Of a DNA stretch of 64,000 nucleotides, positions 62,886 to 64,000 are shown piece after piece. Location: NCBI RefSeq assembly GCF_039654945.1, contig NW_027361797.1, positions 34,534,001-34,598,000 on the forward strand, in the 5' to 3' direction. The notes beneath the pieces were generated by a model, which did no database searches, had not been told where the DNA came from, and worked only from the letters and a program-made list of their open reading frames with translations. The position numbers and the translations under genes are program-made. Origin of the DNA: Dendrobates tinctorius (lineage: Eukaryota). The first letter of the stretch is position 1, and each line of letters opens with the position of its first letter.

Positions 62886-64000
62886 AGCTAAAAATGCAAA
62901 TATGACTGTAATTTGAATTCAACTGAGTTTATAAACCAGACACAAAATGATTCTTCTATAGTAATATTACATTCTATAATAAATATACATAAAATATTAT
63001 TAGTTATTATTATGTTTTTCTAAGTCTGATCTATTTGGTTCGGTTTCCACTATAAGTCATATTATTAGGCTGGCAAAGTCCTCCACAGCATTTTTTTTTT
63101 GCATAGTATTTTACGTAGTATTTTCATATGATTCTAAGTGATCTCAATGCTTTTTGTGATCCTGAAGTACAAGGGAGGTTACAAAAATTAGAAACCAACA
63201 AGAACTTTGCTGCCATCAACAGGATTAACGATTAACATTCAATATAAGGAAATAATACCAAGTGCTATTACACAATCTAATAAATTATAAAAGCATATTA
63301 CAAAAAAAAAAAAATGTATACATTTCTAAAATTCTGCTAGGCTTTAATTTCTGTTTTTTATTATTAAAAACTGCTAAAACTTTTGCACGACAAATGCTTT
63401 ACAATTGATTTGATAGTAACTTCTTGAAAGGAAATGAATGATTTGTAGACAGATCACAGCTGGAACTGTTAGGCAAGTTGCACAGGTTATGTGTTCTGGC
63501 AGTCCTATGTAAAACTACATATAACAAGTTGTGACTTAACGGTGAGTTATGCCAAATGACAAACTCAACTCTCGCCAAAAAAGCTATGGCCTATCCGAGA
63601 TTGATAATACTTGTCTATTAATGGGGTGCTATAAAATGATGAATTTGCTGTCAAGTGGCTGAAAACGGGACAGGGGGCATTCATTGTCATGCGCTCATCG
63701 GCTTAGGTAGGACACAGGCAGAAACGGTTGCAGTCCTATTATTCTGCACTTATTAAGACGATCGTTCAATTTGGACAATCGTTTTTGAGAGCATTGTGCC
63801 CAATGCCAAACTCATCAAACCCCATACTGACACCTACTAGGCTTTAGGGAATCTAGCAACAGTCAGTAGTCCCTTATGAAATCACTGGAAGCTGTCCATT
63901 TAAAGGTGACCTGTCACCAGCCCAAAAGTGGACAGATTTTGCTCTTATTTTATTCCTGCTTCTAACCTGGGTATCCCTTTTTTGTTTCTTTTAAAGGGAA

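Overview
Repeat-dense vertebrate genomic DNA, most likely from a frog (inferred from the transposon families: T2/Kolobok-type TTAA MITEs, V-SINE, L2, CR1, Penelope, Passport-type Tc1). Two host genes lie on the minus strand in the same order as human SYT17-CLEC19A. They are the last coding exon of SYT17 (57020-57216) and four coding exons of a CLEC19A-like secreted C-type lectin (12725 down to 921; its final exon is not in the window). Nearly everything else is mobile DNA: two L2 LINEs, CR1 fragments, Penelope-like elements with minimal hammerhead-ribozyme motifs, a gag-deleted chromodomain Gypsy element nested in an older Gypsy, a full-length but dead Passport-like Tc1, many MITEs and minisatellites. 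The most unusual item is a structurally complete 5.1-kb LTR element (28848-33982; 1320-bp LTRs, GATG target-site duplication, tRNA-Ser primer-binding site, polypurine tract). It has no recognisable gag or pol and instead carries one long ORF with a cold-shock (CSD) domain. Also notable are five hammerhead motifs (two in a 370-bp fold-back), a 2A-like peptide in an L2 ORF, and a Gypsy pol frame that reads through into Arg-rich LTR repeats. All family assignments come from motif recognition and recall; no searches were run.
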